Below are positions 35,050 through 48,204 of a DNA stretch of 64,000 bases, piece after piece (position 1 is the stretch's first letter; each line of letters opens with the position of its first letter). The translations under genes were made by a program, and so were the position numbers. The notes beneath the pieces are model-generated. The model was not told the origin of the DNA and ran no database searches. It was given only the letters and a program-made list of their open reading frames with translations. This DNA comes from Isurus oxyrinchus (Eukaryota), in the NCBI GenBank assembly GCA_026770705.1, contig JANJGN010000026.1:39060001-39124000 (forward strand), read 5' to 3'.

Positions 35050-36130
35050 TATCACAGAATCACACAGTGCAGAAGAGGACCTTCGGACCATTGAGTCTGC
35101 ACCAACATGTGAGAAACACCTGACCTACCTACCTAATCCCATTTACCAGCACTTGGCCCATAGCCTTGAAAGTTATGACATGCCAAGTGCTCATCCAGGT
35201 ACTTTTTAAAGGATGTGAGGCAACCCGCCTCCACCACCCTCCGAGGCAGTGCATTCCAGACCATCACAACCCTCTGGATAAAAACATTTTTCCTCACATC
35301 CCTACTAAACCTCCTGCCCCTCACCTTGTACTTATAGCCCCTTGTGACTGACCCTTCAACTAAGGGGAACAGCTGCTCCCTATCCATCCTGTTCATGCCC
35401 CTCATAATCTTGTACACCTTGATCAGGTCGCCCTTCAGTCTTCTCTGCTCCAACGAAAACAACCCAAGTCTATCCACCTCTCTTCATATCTTAAATGTTT
35501 CATCCCAGGCAACATCCTGGTGAATCTCCTCTGCACCCCCTCCAGTGCAATCACATCCTTCCTATTATGTGGTGACCAGAACTGTACACGGTAAACCAGC
35601 TGTGTCCTCACCAAGTTTCTATACAAGTCCAACATGGCCTCCTTACTTTTGTAATCTATGCCTCGATTGATAAAGACGTGTCCCATATGCCTTTATCACC
35701 ACCCCACTAACATGCCTCTCCACCTTCAGAGACCAATGGACACACACGCCAAGGTCCCTTTCTTCCTCAGAACTTCCTAGTGTCATCCCATTCATTGAAT
35801 ACTTCCTAGTCAAATTACTCCTTCTAAAGTGTATCACCTCACACTTTTCAGGGTTAAATTCCATCTGCAACTTATCTGCCCATTTGATCATCCTGTCTAT
35901 ATCTTCCTGCAGCCCAAAGCACACAAACTCACTGTTAACCAACTGGCCAATCTTTGTGTCACCGCAAATTTACTAATCCTACCCCCCACATAGTCATCTA
36001 TGTCATTTATATAAATGCCAAATAACAGGGGATCCAGCACAGATCCCTGTGGTATACACTGGACACTGCCTTCCAGTCACTAAAGCATCCTTCTGTCATC
36101 ACACTCTGTCTCCTACAACTAAGCCAATTT
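35050..36130 (-). mobile_element. 5'-truncated CR1 LINE inserted in the satellite
   Basis: LQEDID...MEFNPEKCEVIHF, LVRTQLVYRVQFWSP, RLGLFSLEQRRLKGDLI. Confidence 0.93.
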
Positions 36131-39100
36131 TTCGAATTATATTGTGCCTCAGTTTTTATCAATATCGACTCTGTATCAGTAAGCACCGTACTAGGCCTTG
36201 TCTTCCTTACATTAATTTAGAGCCTGTATTTGTAATCATTGCACTGTACCCTGCCGCAGTTTATATCAATCAAGACCCTGTGTCAGTAATCACTGCACTG
36301 GACACTGCATCAATTTATGTTGTATGTATCAGTAGTCTCCGCACTAGACTTGTCTCAGATTATATTAATCTAGATCCTGTCTGTAATCTTTGTACTTGAG
36401 GCTCTCTTAGTTTATATTAATCTAGACCCTGTAACATTAATCATTGCACTAGGCCCTGTCTCAGTTTTTATTAATCAAGACCCTATATCAGTAATCACTG
36501 CAGTAGACACTGTCTCAGTTGATATTGATCTCGAGCCTGTACCAGTAATCACTGCAGTAGACCCTGTCTCATTTTGTATTGATCTTGACACCACCTCAGT
36601 TAACTCTGCACTGGACTCTGTCTCACTTTGTATTAGCCCGGTCCCTCTATCAGTAATCACTGCACTAGATCCAGTCTCAGTTTATATTAATTTAATCCCT
36701 GCAGCTGTAATCACTGCAAGAGTTCCTGTCCCAGCTATATTTATCTGGGCCCTGAATCAGTGAACACTTCACCAGGGCCTGTCTCAGTTTATGTTGGTTC
36801 AGACCCTGTATAAGTAATTACTGTACAAGAGCCTGTCTCCGTTTATATTAATCAAGATGCTGTTTCAGTAATCATTGCACTAGACCCTGTTCTGTTTATA
36901 ATAATTTGCACCCTGAACTTAAAATCACTGCACTGGACTGTTTCTCAGTTTATATTAATCTAAAGCCTATATCTGTAATCACTGCAGTAGACCCTGTCTC
37001 ATTTTATATGCATCCAACCCTGTAACACAAATCACGGCACCAGGCCTTGTCTCAGTTTATATTAGTCTACACCCTGTGTCAGTAATCACTGCACTAAACC
37101 CTACATCATTTTATATCAATTTGGACCCTGTATCAGTAGTCACTGCACTTGAGCCTCTATCAGTTTATATTAATCTCAGCCCAGTATCAGTAAACCCTGC
37201 ACTAAGTCCTGTCTCACGTTATTTTTTATCAATCTAGACCCTGTAGCAGTAATCCCTGCCCGAGCCCAGTCCCAGTTATATTTATCTAGGCTCTATATCA
37301 ATGAACACTTCATGAAGTCCTGTCTCAATTTATGTTAGTCCAGACCATGTATCAGTAATTACTGTACAAGGGTCTGTCTCAGTTTATATTAATCAAGCTC
37401 CTTTTTCTGTAATCACTGCACTCATCCCTGTTCTGGTTATAATAATCTGCACCCTGAATCTATAATCACTGCACTTGGCCCTCTCTCAGTTTCTGTTAAC
37501 CTAGACGCTGTACCAGTAATCATTGCATAGGCCCTGCCTCAATTTATATTTATCTTGGCCCTGTATCAGTAATCACTGTATTGGACATTGTCTGAGTTTA
37601 TATTGATTGAGACCCTGTATCAGTAATAACTGCACAAGAACTTCTCTCAGTTTATATTAACTTAGGTCCCATGTCTGTAATCACTGCACTAGTGCATTCC
37701 ACAGTTTACATTAATCTAGATCCTGTATCAGTCATCACTGCACTCAACATTGTCTGAGCTTATATTGATTAAGACACTGGGCTAGACTCTGTCTCAGTTT
37801 ATATTAATCTGGATCCTGTATCAATCAGCACTGCACTATGGCCTGCCTCAGTTTATATTATTCCAGACCATCTATCAGTAATAATTGTGTTAAGCCCCAT
37901 CTTAGTTTATATTAATCTAGATCCTGAATCAGTAATGACTGCACTAGGCCCTGTCTCACTTTATATTAATCCAGATCCTGTATCAGTAATCGCTGCATTT
38001 GGACCTATCTCAGTTTATATTGATCGGGACACTGTATCAGTAATTACTGCAATATGCCCTGCCTCAGTTTATATCAATTTAGACTCTCTATCAGTAATCA
38101 CTAGACTTGGCCCTCTCTCTGTTTATATTAATCTAGACCCTGTATCAGTTTATATTAATCCATGCTCTGTGTCAGTTATCACTGCACTGGACATTGTCCA
38201 AGTTAATATTAATTGAGACCATGTGTCGGTAATCACTGCACTCGGCCCTGCCATAGTTTATATTAAGATGGATCCTGTGCACTATGCCATGCTTCATTTT
38301 GTTTATCAATCTAGGCCCTGTATCAGTAATCACTGCACTAAGCTCCATCTCAGTTTACATTAATTTAGTTCCTGTAGCAGTAATCAGGGCACGAGCCCCT
38401 GTCCCAGTTATATTTATCTGGGCCCTGTCTCAGGTTATGTTAGTTCAGACCATGTATCAGTAGTTACTGTACAAGAGCCTGTCTCAGTTTATATTAATCA
38501 AGGCTCTTTTTCAGTAATCACTGCACTCGTCCCTGTTCTGGTTATAATAATCTGCATCCTGTATCTATAATCACAGCACTTTGCCCTCTCTCATTTTCTA
38601 TTAACCTAGACCCTGTATCAGTAATCACTGCAAATTTCCCTGCTTTACTTTATATAAATTTAGACCCTAAATCAGTAATCGCTGCACCAGGCCATGCCTC
38701 AGTTCATATTAACCTAGACCATGTATCAATAATCACTGCACTAAACACTATCTCAGTTTTATTTTTATCAAGACCGAGGATCAGTAATCACTGCACTAGA
38801 CACTGTCTCATTTTATATTAATCTAGACCCTCTATCATTAGTTACTGCACTAGGCCCTATCTCATTTTATATTGATGTACACCCTGTAATTGTAATCAAT
38901 TCAATGGACACTGTCTCAGTTTATATTGATCCTGATCCTCTATCATTAATCACTGTACTAGCCCCTGTCCTAGTTTATGTTAATCTAGTCCCTGTGTCAG
39001 TAATCACTGTAATATGGCCTGCCTCAGTTCATATTAATCAGTAATCGCTGCACTAGGCCCTGACTCAGTTCATATTAATTTAGGCCATGCATCAGTAATC

Positions 39101-40847
39101 AGTGCAATGGACGCTTTCTCATTTTATATTGATGTACACCCCGTAACTGTAATCATTTCAATGGACACTGTCTCAGTTTATATTGACCCTGATCCTGTAT
39201 CATTAATCACTGCACTATCCCCTGTCCTAGTTTCTGTTAATCTAGTCCCTGTGTTAGTAATCACTGCAATATGGCCTGCCTCAGTTCATATTAATCTAGA
39301 CCCTAAATCAGTAATCGCTGCACTGCGCCCTGACTCAGTTCATATTAATTTAGGCCATGCATCAGTAATCAGTGCAATTGACACTGTCTCAGTGTATATT
39401 GATATTGATCCTGTATCATTAATCAATGCACTAGCCTCCGTCCTACATTATATTTACCTCGGCCCTGTATCAGTAATCACTGCACTATGCCCTGCCTCAG
39501 TTTTTAATCTAGACCCTGTATTAGTAATCACTGCACTAGGCTCTGTCTCAGTTTATATTAATCTAGACCCTGTATCAGTGATCACTGCACTGGACACTGT
39601 CCCAGTTTATATTAATCCCGACCCTGTATCAGTAATCCTGGCATTAGAGCCTGTCTCATTTTAAAAAAATCAAACCCTGTATAATAATCAGTGCAATGGA
39701 CGCCCTCACTTTATATTGATCTAGAGCCCGTATCAGTAATCACTGCACTAGCCGCTGTCCTCGATTTTATTTATCTAGGCCCTGCAACACTAGTCACTGC
39801 ACTATGGCCTGCCTCAGCTTATATCATTCCAGGTCCTGTATCAGTAATAACTTCACTGGACCCTGTCTCAGTTTATATTAGTCCACACCCTGTATCAATA
39901 ATGACAGAGTTAGAGAATGCCTCAATTTATTTGAGTCCAGACCGTGTATCAGTAATGACTGCATTGGCCCCTATCCCAGTATATATTTATGTCGACCGTG
40001 TATCAGTAATCACTGCACTAGTCCCTGTTTCTGTATATATTGATCTAGAACATGTGTCAGTAATCACTGCACAGGACCCAGCATCAGTTTGGATCAGTCT
40101 AAACCCTATAATCAGTAAACACTGCACTTGGCCCTGTCTCAACTCCTATTAATCTAGACCCTGTATCAGTAATCACTGCACTAGACCCTATCCCACTTTA
40201 TATTGATCTAGACCCTGTATCATAATCAGTGCAATGGACACTGTCTCACTTTATATTAATCTAGGCCCTGTATCAATAATCATTGCAGGTTCCCATGCCT
40301 CAGTTTATATCAATCCATATCCTGCATCAATAGTCACTTTTCTCATTTTAAATGAGTCCAGAACCTGTATCAGTAATGACAGAACTAGAGAATGCCTCCG
40401 CTTATTTTAGTCCAGACACTGTAACAGTAATCACTGCACTATGCCTTGCCTCTGTTTTTATCATCTAGACCCTGTATCAGTAATCATCACATTAGGCTCT
40501 GTCTTAGTTTATATTAATCTCGACCCTGTACCAACAATCACTGCACTAGGTCCAGTCTCAGTTTATATTTATATGGGCCCTGTATCAACAATCACTGTGC
40601 TGGACATTGTCTGAGTTTATATTAACCTAGACCCTGCATCAGTGTTCACTGTGCTAGACCCTGTCTCAGTTTTTATTAATCCAGACCCTGTATCAGTAAT
40701 CACTGCACTGGACCCTGTCTCAGTTTCTATTAATCTAGACCCTGTATTAGTAATGACTGCACTGGACATTGTCTGAGTTTATATTGATCAAGACCATGTA
40801 TCAGTAAACACTGCACTGGACCCTGTCTCAGTTTCTATTAATTTAGT

Positions 40848-40985
40848 CATCTATGTCAGTTATATAAGTGATGAATAATAGGAGACCCAGCACAGATCCC
40901 TGTGATACACCACTGGACACTGGCTTCCAGTAACTAAAGCATCCTTCTGTCATCATCTTCTGTCTCCTACAACAAAGCCAATTTT
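40848..40985 (-). mobile_element. Duplicated remnant of the 5' end of the 35050-36130 CR1
   Basis: Close match to 35995-36130 (cagcacagatccctgtg...ctaaagcatccttctgtcatca...ctcctacaac.aagccaattttt). Confidence 0.9.
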
Positions 40986-43900
40986 TGAAGTATATTCTTC
41001 CCTGTCTCAGTTTTTATCAATCTAGACCCTGTATCAGTAATCACCATACTAGGCCTTGTCTCAGTTTACATTAATTTAGAACCTGCATCAGTAATCACTG
41101 CACTGTGCCCTCCACAGTTTATATTAATCAAGACCCCGTGTCATTAATCACGGTACTGGACACTGCCTCAATATATATTGAGCTGGACCATGTATCAGTC
41201 ATCTCTGCACCAGACCTCTCTCAGTTTATATTAATCTAGACCCTGTTTCAGTAATCACTGCAGTAGAAACTGTCTCAGTTGATATTGATCTTGACACCAC
41301 CTCAGTTATCTCTGCACTAGACTCTGTCTCACTTTATATTAGCCCAGTCCCTCTAACAGTAATCACTGCACTAGATCCAGCCTCAGTTTATATTAATTTA
41401 ATCCCTGCAGCAGTAATCACTGCAAGAGCTCCTGTCCCAGTTATATTTATCTCGGCACTATATCAGTGAATATGGCCTTGTCTCAGTTTATGTTGGTTCA
41501 GACCTTGTATCAGTAATTACTGCACAAGAGCATGTCTCAGTTTATATTAATCAAGACCCTGTTTCAGTAATGACTGCACTTGACCCTGTTCTGGTAATAA
41601 TAATTTGCACCCTGAACCTAAAAGCATTGCACTCAACTGTTTCTCAGTTTATATTGATCTAGACCCTGTATCAGTTTATATGCATCCAACCTTATAACAC
41701 AAACCACGGCACTAGGCCTTGTCTCAGTTTATATCAATCTAGACTCTATACCAGTAATCACTGCACTTGAGCCTCTCTGAGTTTATATAAATCTCGGCCC
41801 GGTATCAGTAATCCCTGCACTATGCCCTGCCTCAGCTTCCTTTATGAATCTAGACTCTGTTTCAGTAATCACTGCACCATGCCCGTCTCAATATATATTA
41901 ATCAAGACCCTGTATCAGTAATCACTGCCCGATCCCCTGTCCCAGTTATATTTATCTAGGCCCTATATCAATGAAAACTTCACCAGGCCATGTCTCAGTT
42001 TATGTTAGTTCAGACCATGGATCAGTAATTACTGTACAAGACCTGTCTCAGTTTATATTAATCAAGCCCCCTTTTCAGTAATCACTGCACTCGTCCCTGT
42101 TCTGGTTATTATAATCTGCACCCTGAATCTATAATCACTGCACTTGGCCCTCTCTCAGTTTCTATTAACCTAGACCCTGTATCAGTAATCACTGCAGTAG
42201 TCCCTGCCTCAACTTATATTTATGTCGGCCCTGTATCAGTAATCACTGCATTGGACATTGTCTGAGTTTATATTGATTGAGACCCTGTATCAATAATTAC
42301 TGCACAAGAACCTGTCTCAGTTTATATTAAGCTAAATCCTGTGTCTGTAATCACTGCACTAGAGCATTCCTCAGTTTATATTAATCTAGATCCTGTATCA
42401 GTAATCAGTGCACTCGGCATTGTCTGAGTTTATATTGATTGAGACCCTGTGTCAGTAAACAATGGACTAGACCCTGTCTTAGTTTATATTAATTTAGATC
42501 CTGTATCAGTAATGACTGCATTAGACGCTGTCTCAGTTTATATATTAATCCAGGCCCTGTATCAGTAATCGCTGTACTTGGACCTATCTCAGTTTATATT
42601 GATCTGGACACTGTATCAGTTATCACTGCACTAGACCCTGCCTCAGTTTATATTAATCTAGGCTCTGTGTCAGTAATCACTGCACTTGGCCCTGCCACAG
42701 TTTATATTAAGCTAGACCTTGTGTCAGTAATCACTGCACAGGGCCCTGTCTCAGTTTATATTGATCCTGATTCTGTATCAGTAAGCACTGAACCAGACCA
42801 TGTCTAAATTTAGATTAATCTTGAACCTGTATCAGTAATCCCTGCACTATTCCCTGTCTCAGTTTTTATCAATCTAGACCCTGAAACTGTAATCACTGCA
42901 CTAGGCCCGGTCACAGGTTATATTAATCTACACCTTGTATCAATCATCACTGCATTAGACCCTGCATCACTTTATATTGATCTAGACTTTGTATCAGTTC
43001 TTTCTGCACTAGAGCCTGTCTCAGTTTATATTAGTCCAGAGCCTCTATCAGTAATCACTGCACTCGGCCCTATCTCCAATGTTATTGATCTAGATCATGT
43101 ATCAGTAATCACTGCAAAGGACACTGTCATATTAATCACTGCATTAGCACTTCTCCTAGTTTATATTTATCCAGGCCCTGTCTCAGTTTATATTAATCTG
43201 GACCCTGTATCAGTAAGCACTGCACTATGCCCTGCCTCAGTTTATATTAATTTAGCCCCTGCAGCAGTAATCACTGTCCGAGACCCTGTCCAAGTTATAT
43301 TTATCTGGGCCCTGTGTCAGTGGACAGTGCACCAGGCCCTGTCTCAGGTTATGTTAGTTCAGACCGTGTATCAGTGATTACTGTACAAGAGCCTGTCTCA
43401 GTTTATATTAATCAAGGCCCTGTTTCAGTAATCACTGCACTCGTCCCTGTTCTGGTTATAATAATGTGCACCCTGAATCTATAATCACTGCACTTTGCCC
43501 TCTCTCAGTTTCTATTAACCTAGACCCTGCATCATTAATCACTTCAATATGTCTTGTCTTAGTTTATATCAATCTAGACCCTAAATCAGTAATCGCTGCA
43601 CTACACTGTGCCTCAGTACATATTAATCTAGACCATGTATCAGTATTCACTGACTAGACACTATCTCAGTTTTATATTTATCAAGACCTTGGATCAGTAA
43701 TCACTGCACAAGACACTGTCTCATGTTATATTAATCCAGACCCTGCATCATTAATCACTGCACTGGACCTTATCTCAGTTTATACTGAGGTACACCCTGT
43801 AACCGTAATCACTTCAATGGACACTGTCTCAGTTTATATAGATCCTCATCCTGTATCATTAATCACTGCACTAGCCCCTGCCCTCGTTTATATTACTCTA

Positions 43901-45889
43901 GTCCCTGTGTCAGTAATCACTGCACTAGGCCCTGCCTCACTTTATATCAACCTAGACCATCTATTAGTAATCACTGCACCAGGCCCTGTCTCAATTTATA
44001 ATAATTTGGTCCCTAAATCAGTAATCGTTGCACTAGGCCCTGCCTCAGTTCATGTTAATTTAGGCCATGTATCAGTAATCATTGCAATGGGCACTGCCTC
44101 AGTTTATATTGATCCTGATCCTGCATCATTAATCACTGCACTAGCCTCTGACCTACTTTATATTCACCTCGGCCCTGTATCAGTAATCACTGCACTAGGC
44201 TCTGTCTCAGTTTACATTAATCTAGACCCGGTATCAATAATCTCTGCACTATGCCCTGCCTCAGTCTTTATCATCTAGACCTTGTATCATTGCTCTCAGC
44301 TCTGTCTCAGTTTATATTGATTCAGACACTGTTTCAGTAATCACTGGACTAGCCGCTGTCCTCGTTTTTATTTATCTAGGCCCTGCATCAATAATCACTG
44401 CACTATGGCCTTCCCTAGCTTATATCAATCTAGATCCTGTATCAGTTACCACTTCGCTCGACCCTGTCTCAATTTATATTAGTCCACACCCTGTTCCAGT
44501 AATAACAGAGCTAGAAAATGCTTCAGTTTATATGAGTCCAGGCCCTGTATCAGTAATCACTGTACTGGCCCCCTTCCCAGTATATAGTTATACAGACCCT
44601 GTGTCAGGAATCACTGCACTAGCCCCTGTCTCTGTTTATATTGATCTAGACCCTGTGTTTGTAATCGCTGCACTAGACCCAGCATCAGTTTATATCAATC
44701 TAAATCCTATAGCAGTAATCTCTGCACTTGGCCTGTGTCAAGTTCTATTAATCTAGACCCTGTATCAGTAATCACTGCACTAGACCCTCTCTCAGTTTAT
44801 ATTGATCTAGGCCCTGCATCATAATCAGTGCAATGGACAGTGTCTCATTTTATATTAATCTAGGCCCTGTATCAGTAATCACTGCACTATGCCATGCCTC
44901 CATTTATCAATCCATATCATGTATTAGTAATCAATGCACTAGACCTAACTCAGTTTATATTAGTCCAGAACCTGTATCAGTAATGACAGAACTAGGGAAT
45001 GCCTCAGTTTATTTTAGTCCAGACACTGTAACAGTAATCATTGCACTAGCCCCTGTCTCAGTTTATATTTATCCAGACCCTGTATCAATAATCAATAATG
45101 CACAACGCCAAGTCTCAGTTTATATCAAGCTGGAGCCTATATCAGTAATCACAGCACTATACCCTGTCTCAGTTCATATTAATCAAGACCCTGTATCAGT
45201 AATCACTCTACTGGACACTGCCTCCATTTATATTGATCTAGACCATGTATCAGTAATCACTGCACTTGGTCCTGTCTCAGTTTATATTAGTCTAGATCCT
45301 TTATGAGTAATCGTTGCTCTAGCCCCTGCATCAGTTTATATCAACCTCGACCTGGTAACAGTAATCACTGCACTTGGCTCCGTCTCAAGTTTTATTAATC
45401 TAGACCCGGTATCAGTAATTACTGCACTGGACACTGCCTCAGTTTATATTGATCTACACCCTGCATCAGCAATCATTGCCCTAGCCCCTGTCCTAGTTTA
45501 TTTTTATCTCAGCCTTGTATGAGTAATCACTGCACAATGGCTTGCCTCAATGTATATCAACCTTGACCCTGTATCAATACTCACTGCACTGGACATTGTC
45601 TGAATTTATATTGATCGAGACCCTGTATCAGTACACACTGGACTAGACCCTGACCCAGTTTATATTAATCTAGATCCTGTGTCTGTAATCACTGCACTAG
45701 AGCATGTTTCAGTTCATATTAATCTAGATTCTGTATCAGTCATCACTGCATGTGAGCCTGTCTCAGTTTACATTAATCTAGACCCTGTATCAGTAAGCAT
45801 TGCACTAGGCCCTGTCTCAGTTCATGATAATCTAGACCCTCCATTAGTAAGCACTGCACGAGGCACTGTCTCAGTTTATATCAATCTGG

Positions 45890-47202
45890 ATAAAAGCAAA
45901 ATAGTGCGGATGCTGGAAATCTGAAAGAAAAGCATAAAATGCTGGTAAATCACAGCAGGTCTGACAGCACCTGTGGTGAGAGAAGCAGAGCTAACTTCCT
46001 GAGACCTTATGACCTTCCTCAGAGCTAAAGAGAAGTCAAAACGTGATGACATTTACTGTTTAAGCGGGGTGGAGCAGGTCAGGCTGGATAGAAGGCAAGC
46101 AATAGGCGGGGTTAAGGTGACACTGACAAACATATCATAGGCAAACAGAAAAAGGGAGTGTTAATGGCAGTAGTAAGGCTAAAGTAGGTGCTAAAGAGTC
46201 ATGAAGGTAAGAAAGCAGAATGTGTTAACAGCAGAGCCAGAATCAGCACACTGTGAAAGAACAACATGGGACAAGTAACTGATTGCCCTTTTGGGGGTGT
46301 GGTAGGGGTGGTTGGGGATAAATGGTAGAGAAAGGAATAAAAAGGGGGATAAAAAAAAGGATAAAACAATGAATAAATGAATAAGGCTGTAAAGTGCATT
46401 ATTGGAAGATGAGTTTCTGTTCCTCCAGTTTGCGTTGGGCTTCACTGGGGCAATGCAGCAGGTCAAAGAGGGACATGTGGGTATCAGAGAAGGATGGCAT
46501 GTTGAAATTGCAAGCGACAGGAAGTTCTAGGTAATGCTTGCAGATAGACCGAAGGTGTTCCACAAAGCGGTTTGCCGGTCTGTGTTTGGTCTTCCCAATC
46601 TAGAAGACACTGCATTGGGAGCATCAAATGCAATCGACCAAATTGAAGGAGGTGCAATGAAGCGGTGCTTCACCTGAAAGGAGTGTTTGGGCCCTTGGAC
46701 GGTGAGGAGGTAAGAGGTAAAGGGGCAGGTGTTGCATCTTCTCTGATTGCTTGGGAAGGTGCCATGGGAAGGTATGAGCTGTTGCGGATGATGGAGGAGT
46801 GGACCAGGGTGTCTCGGAGGGAACAGTCCCTGTGGAATGCTGACAGGGGTGGGGGTGGAGTGGTGAGGGGAAGATGGGTTTGGTGGTGGCATCATGCTGG
46901 AGTTAGCGGAAATGGTAAAGGATGATCTTTTGAATGCGGGGATGGTGGGCTGAAACGTGAGTAAAAGGAGGACCTTATCATGATTCTGGGAGAGAGGGGA
47001 ATGTGTGAAAGCAGAGTCAGGGGAGATGGGTCGGACACAGTTGAGGGCCCTGTCAACCACAGTGGGTGGGAAACCTTGGTTAAGGAAGAAGGAAGGCATG
47101 TCCGAAGCATCATTTTGGATAGTGGCATCGTCGGAACAGATGTGAAGGAGGTGAACAAACTGACAGACTGGAATGGCGTTTTTCCAGCATTTTCTGTTTT
47201 TA
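45890..47202 (-). mobile_element. Penelope-like retroelement, degraded GIY-YIG endonuclease region
   Basis: RRCNTCPFT..TVQGPKHSFQVK then, frameshifted, CTSFNLVDCI*CSQCSVF*IGKTK...RFVEHLRS; terminal repeat at 45890-46030 and a short inverted copy at ~47178-47202. Confidence 0.88.
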
Positions 47203-47869
47203 TATAAACCTAGACCCTGTATCAGTAATTATTCCATTGGACCCTTCCTCCATTGACATTAACCTCGGCCCTGTATAAGCAATCACTTCACTCGACCCTG
47301 TCTCAGTTTATATCAATCTAAACCCTGTATCAGTAATCACTGCACTAAGCCCTGTCTCAGCCTATAATAATCCAGGCCCTGTATCAGGAATCACTGCAAT
47401 TGACCCTGCCTCAGCTTATGTCAATAAAGGCCCTGTTTTAATAATTCCTATACATTCAATTTATTTCATGCCCTCATTTGTAACTGTAAACACAAGATTA
47501 CACTTTGCTTTCATTATTATTGTAGAGGTGAATGTCACTGTTAATAGGATGATGGGCCCTATCTTGTTTATTATTGCAGCTGTCCATATCTCTACCTGTG
47601 TTGCAATTGGTCCTTTCCCAGTTATCACTGCACCTGACGCTGCTGCTGTTTATATCATGCATATCATGTGCCAGTTATTACTACATTAGGTCATGCTTCT
47701 GTGGACACTCTAATTAACCCTTTTCCAGTTCACACTGTAGTCCAACCATGTTTTAATTTATATTTCACAGCAACTTTTGTTTTGTTATTTTACATTGAAC
47801 CATGCTTCAGTTATCACTGTTATTGACCTGCTGACCTTGTCTCAGTGATGACTGTACTGGACAATATGA

Positions 47870-48204
47870 ACACACAAACATATGAACAAGGAGCATGAGT
47901 AGGCCATTCAGCCCCTCGAGCTTGCTCCACCATTTAATAATATTATGGCTGTCTGATAGTAACATGAAATCTCCATCCCACCGACCCCCGATAACCTATC
48001 ACCCCCTTGCTTACCAAGAATCTATCCACCTCTGCCTTAAAAACATTCAAAGGCTCTGCTTCCACTGCCTTTTTAGGGAGCGAGTCCCAAAGACTCATGA
48101 CCCTGAGAGTGAAAATATTCGCCTCATCTCCATTTTACATGAGTGACCTCTTATTTTTAAACAGTGACCCTTAGTTCTAGATTCTCCCACAAGAGGAAAC
48201 ATCC
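47870..48204 (-). mobile_element. CR1 3' end (host element, continues at 51052-51390)
   Basis: MFPLVGESRTKGHCLKIRG; sequence resumes after CATCC at 51052. Confidence 0.8.

Larger units (their letters stand above)
34570..47450 (+). repeat. Large satellite: 54-bp dimer of two related 27-bp monomers, interrupted by CR1 and Penelope insertions
   Basis: ctgtctcagtttatattaatctagacc + ctgtatcagtaatcactgcactagacc; hundreds of monomers. Confidence 0.97.

Noticed and set aside
37887-45924. Repetitive ORFs (PVSVYINLD/PVSVITALD) as a repeat protein or CRISPR-like array
   Set aside because: They result from a 27-bp (9-codon) satellite unit; there are frequent stops and frameshifts, no unique spacers, and the context is vertebrate.
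34570-47450. Satellite unit as a cryptic RSS array (gtttatatt-23 nt-cactgca)
   Set aside because: The heptamer lacks the essential CAC/GTG at the cleavage side and the nonamer match is poor.
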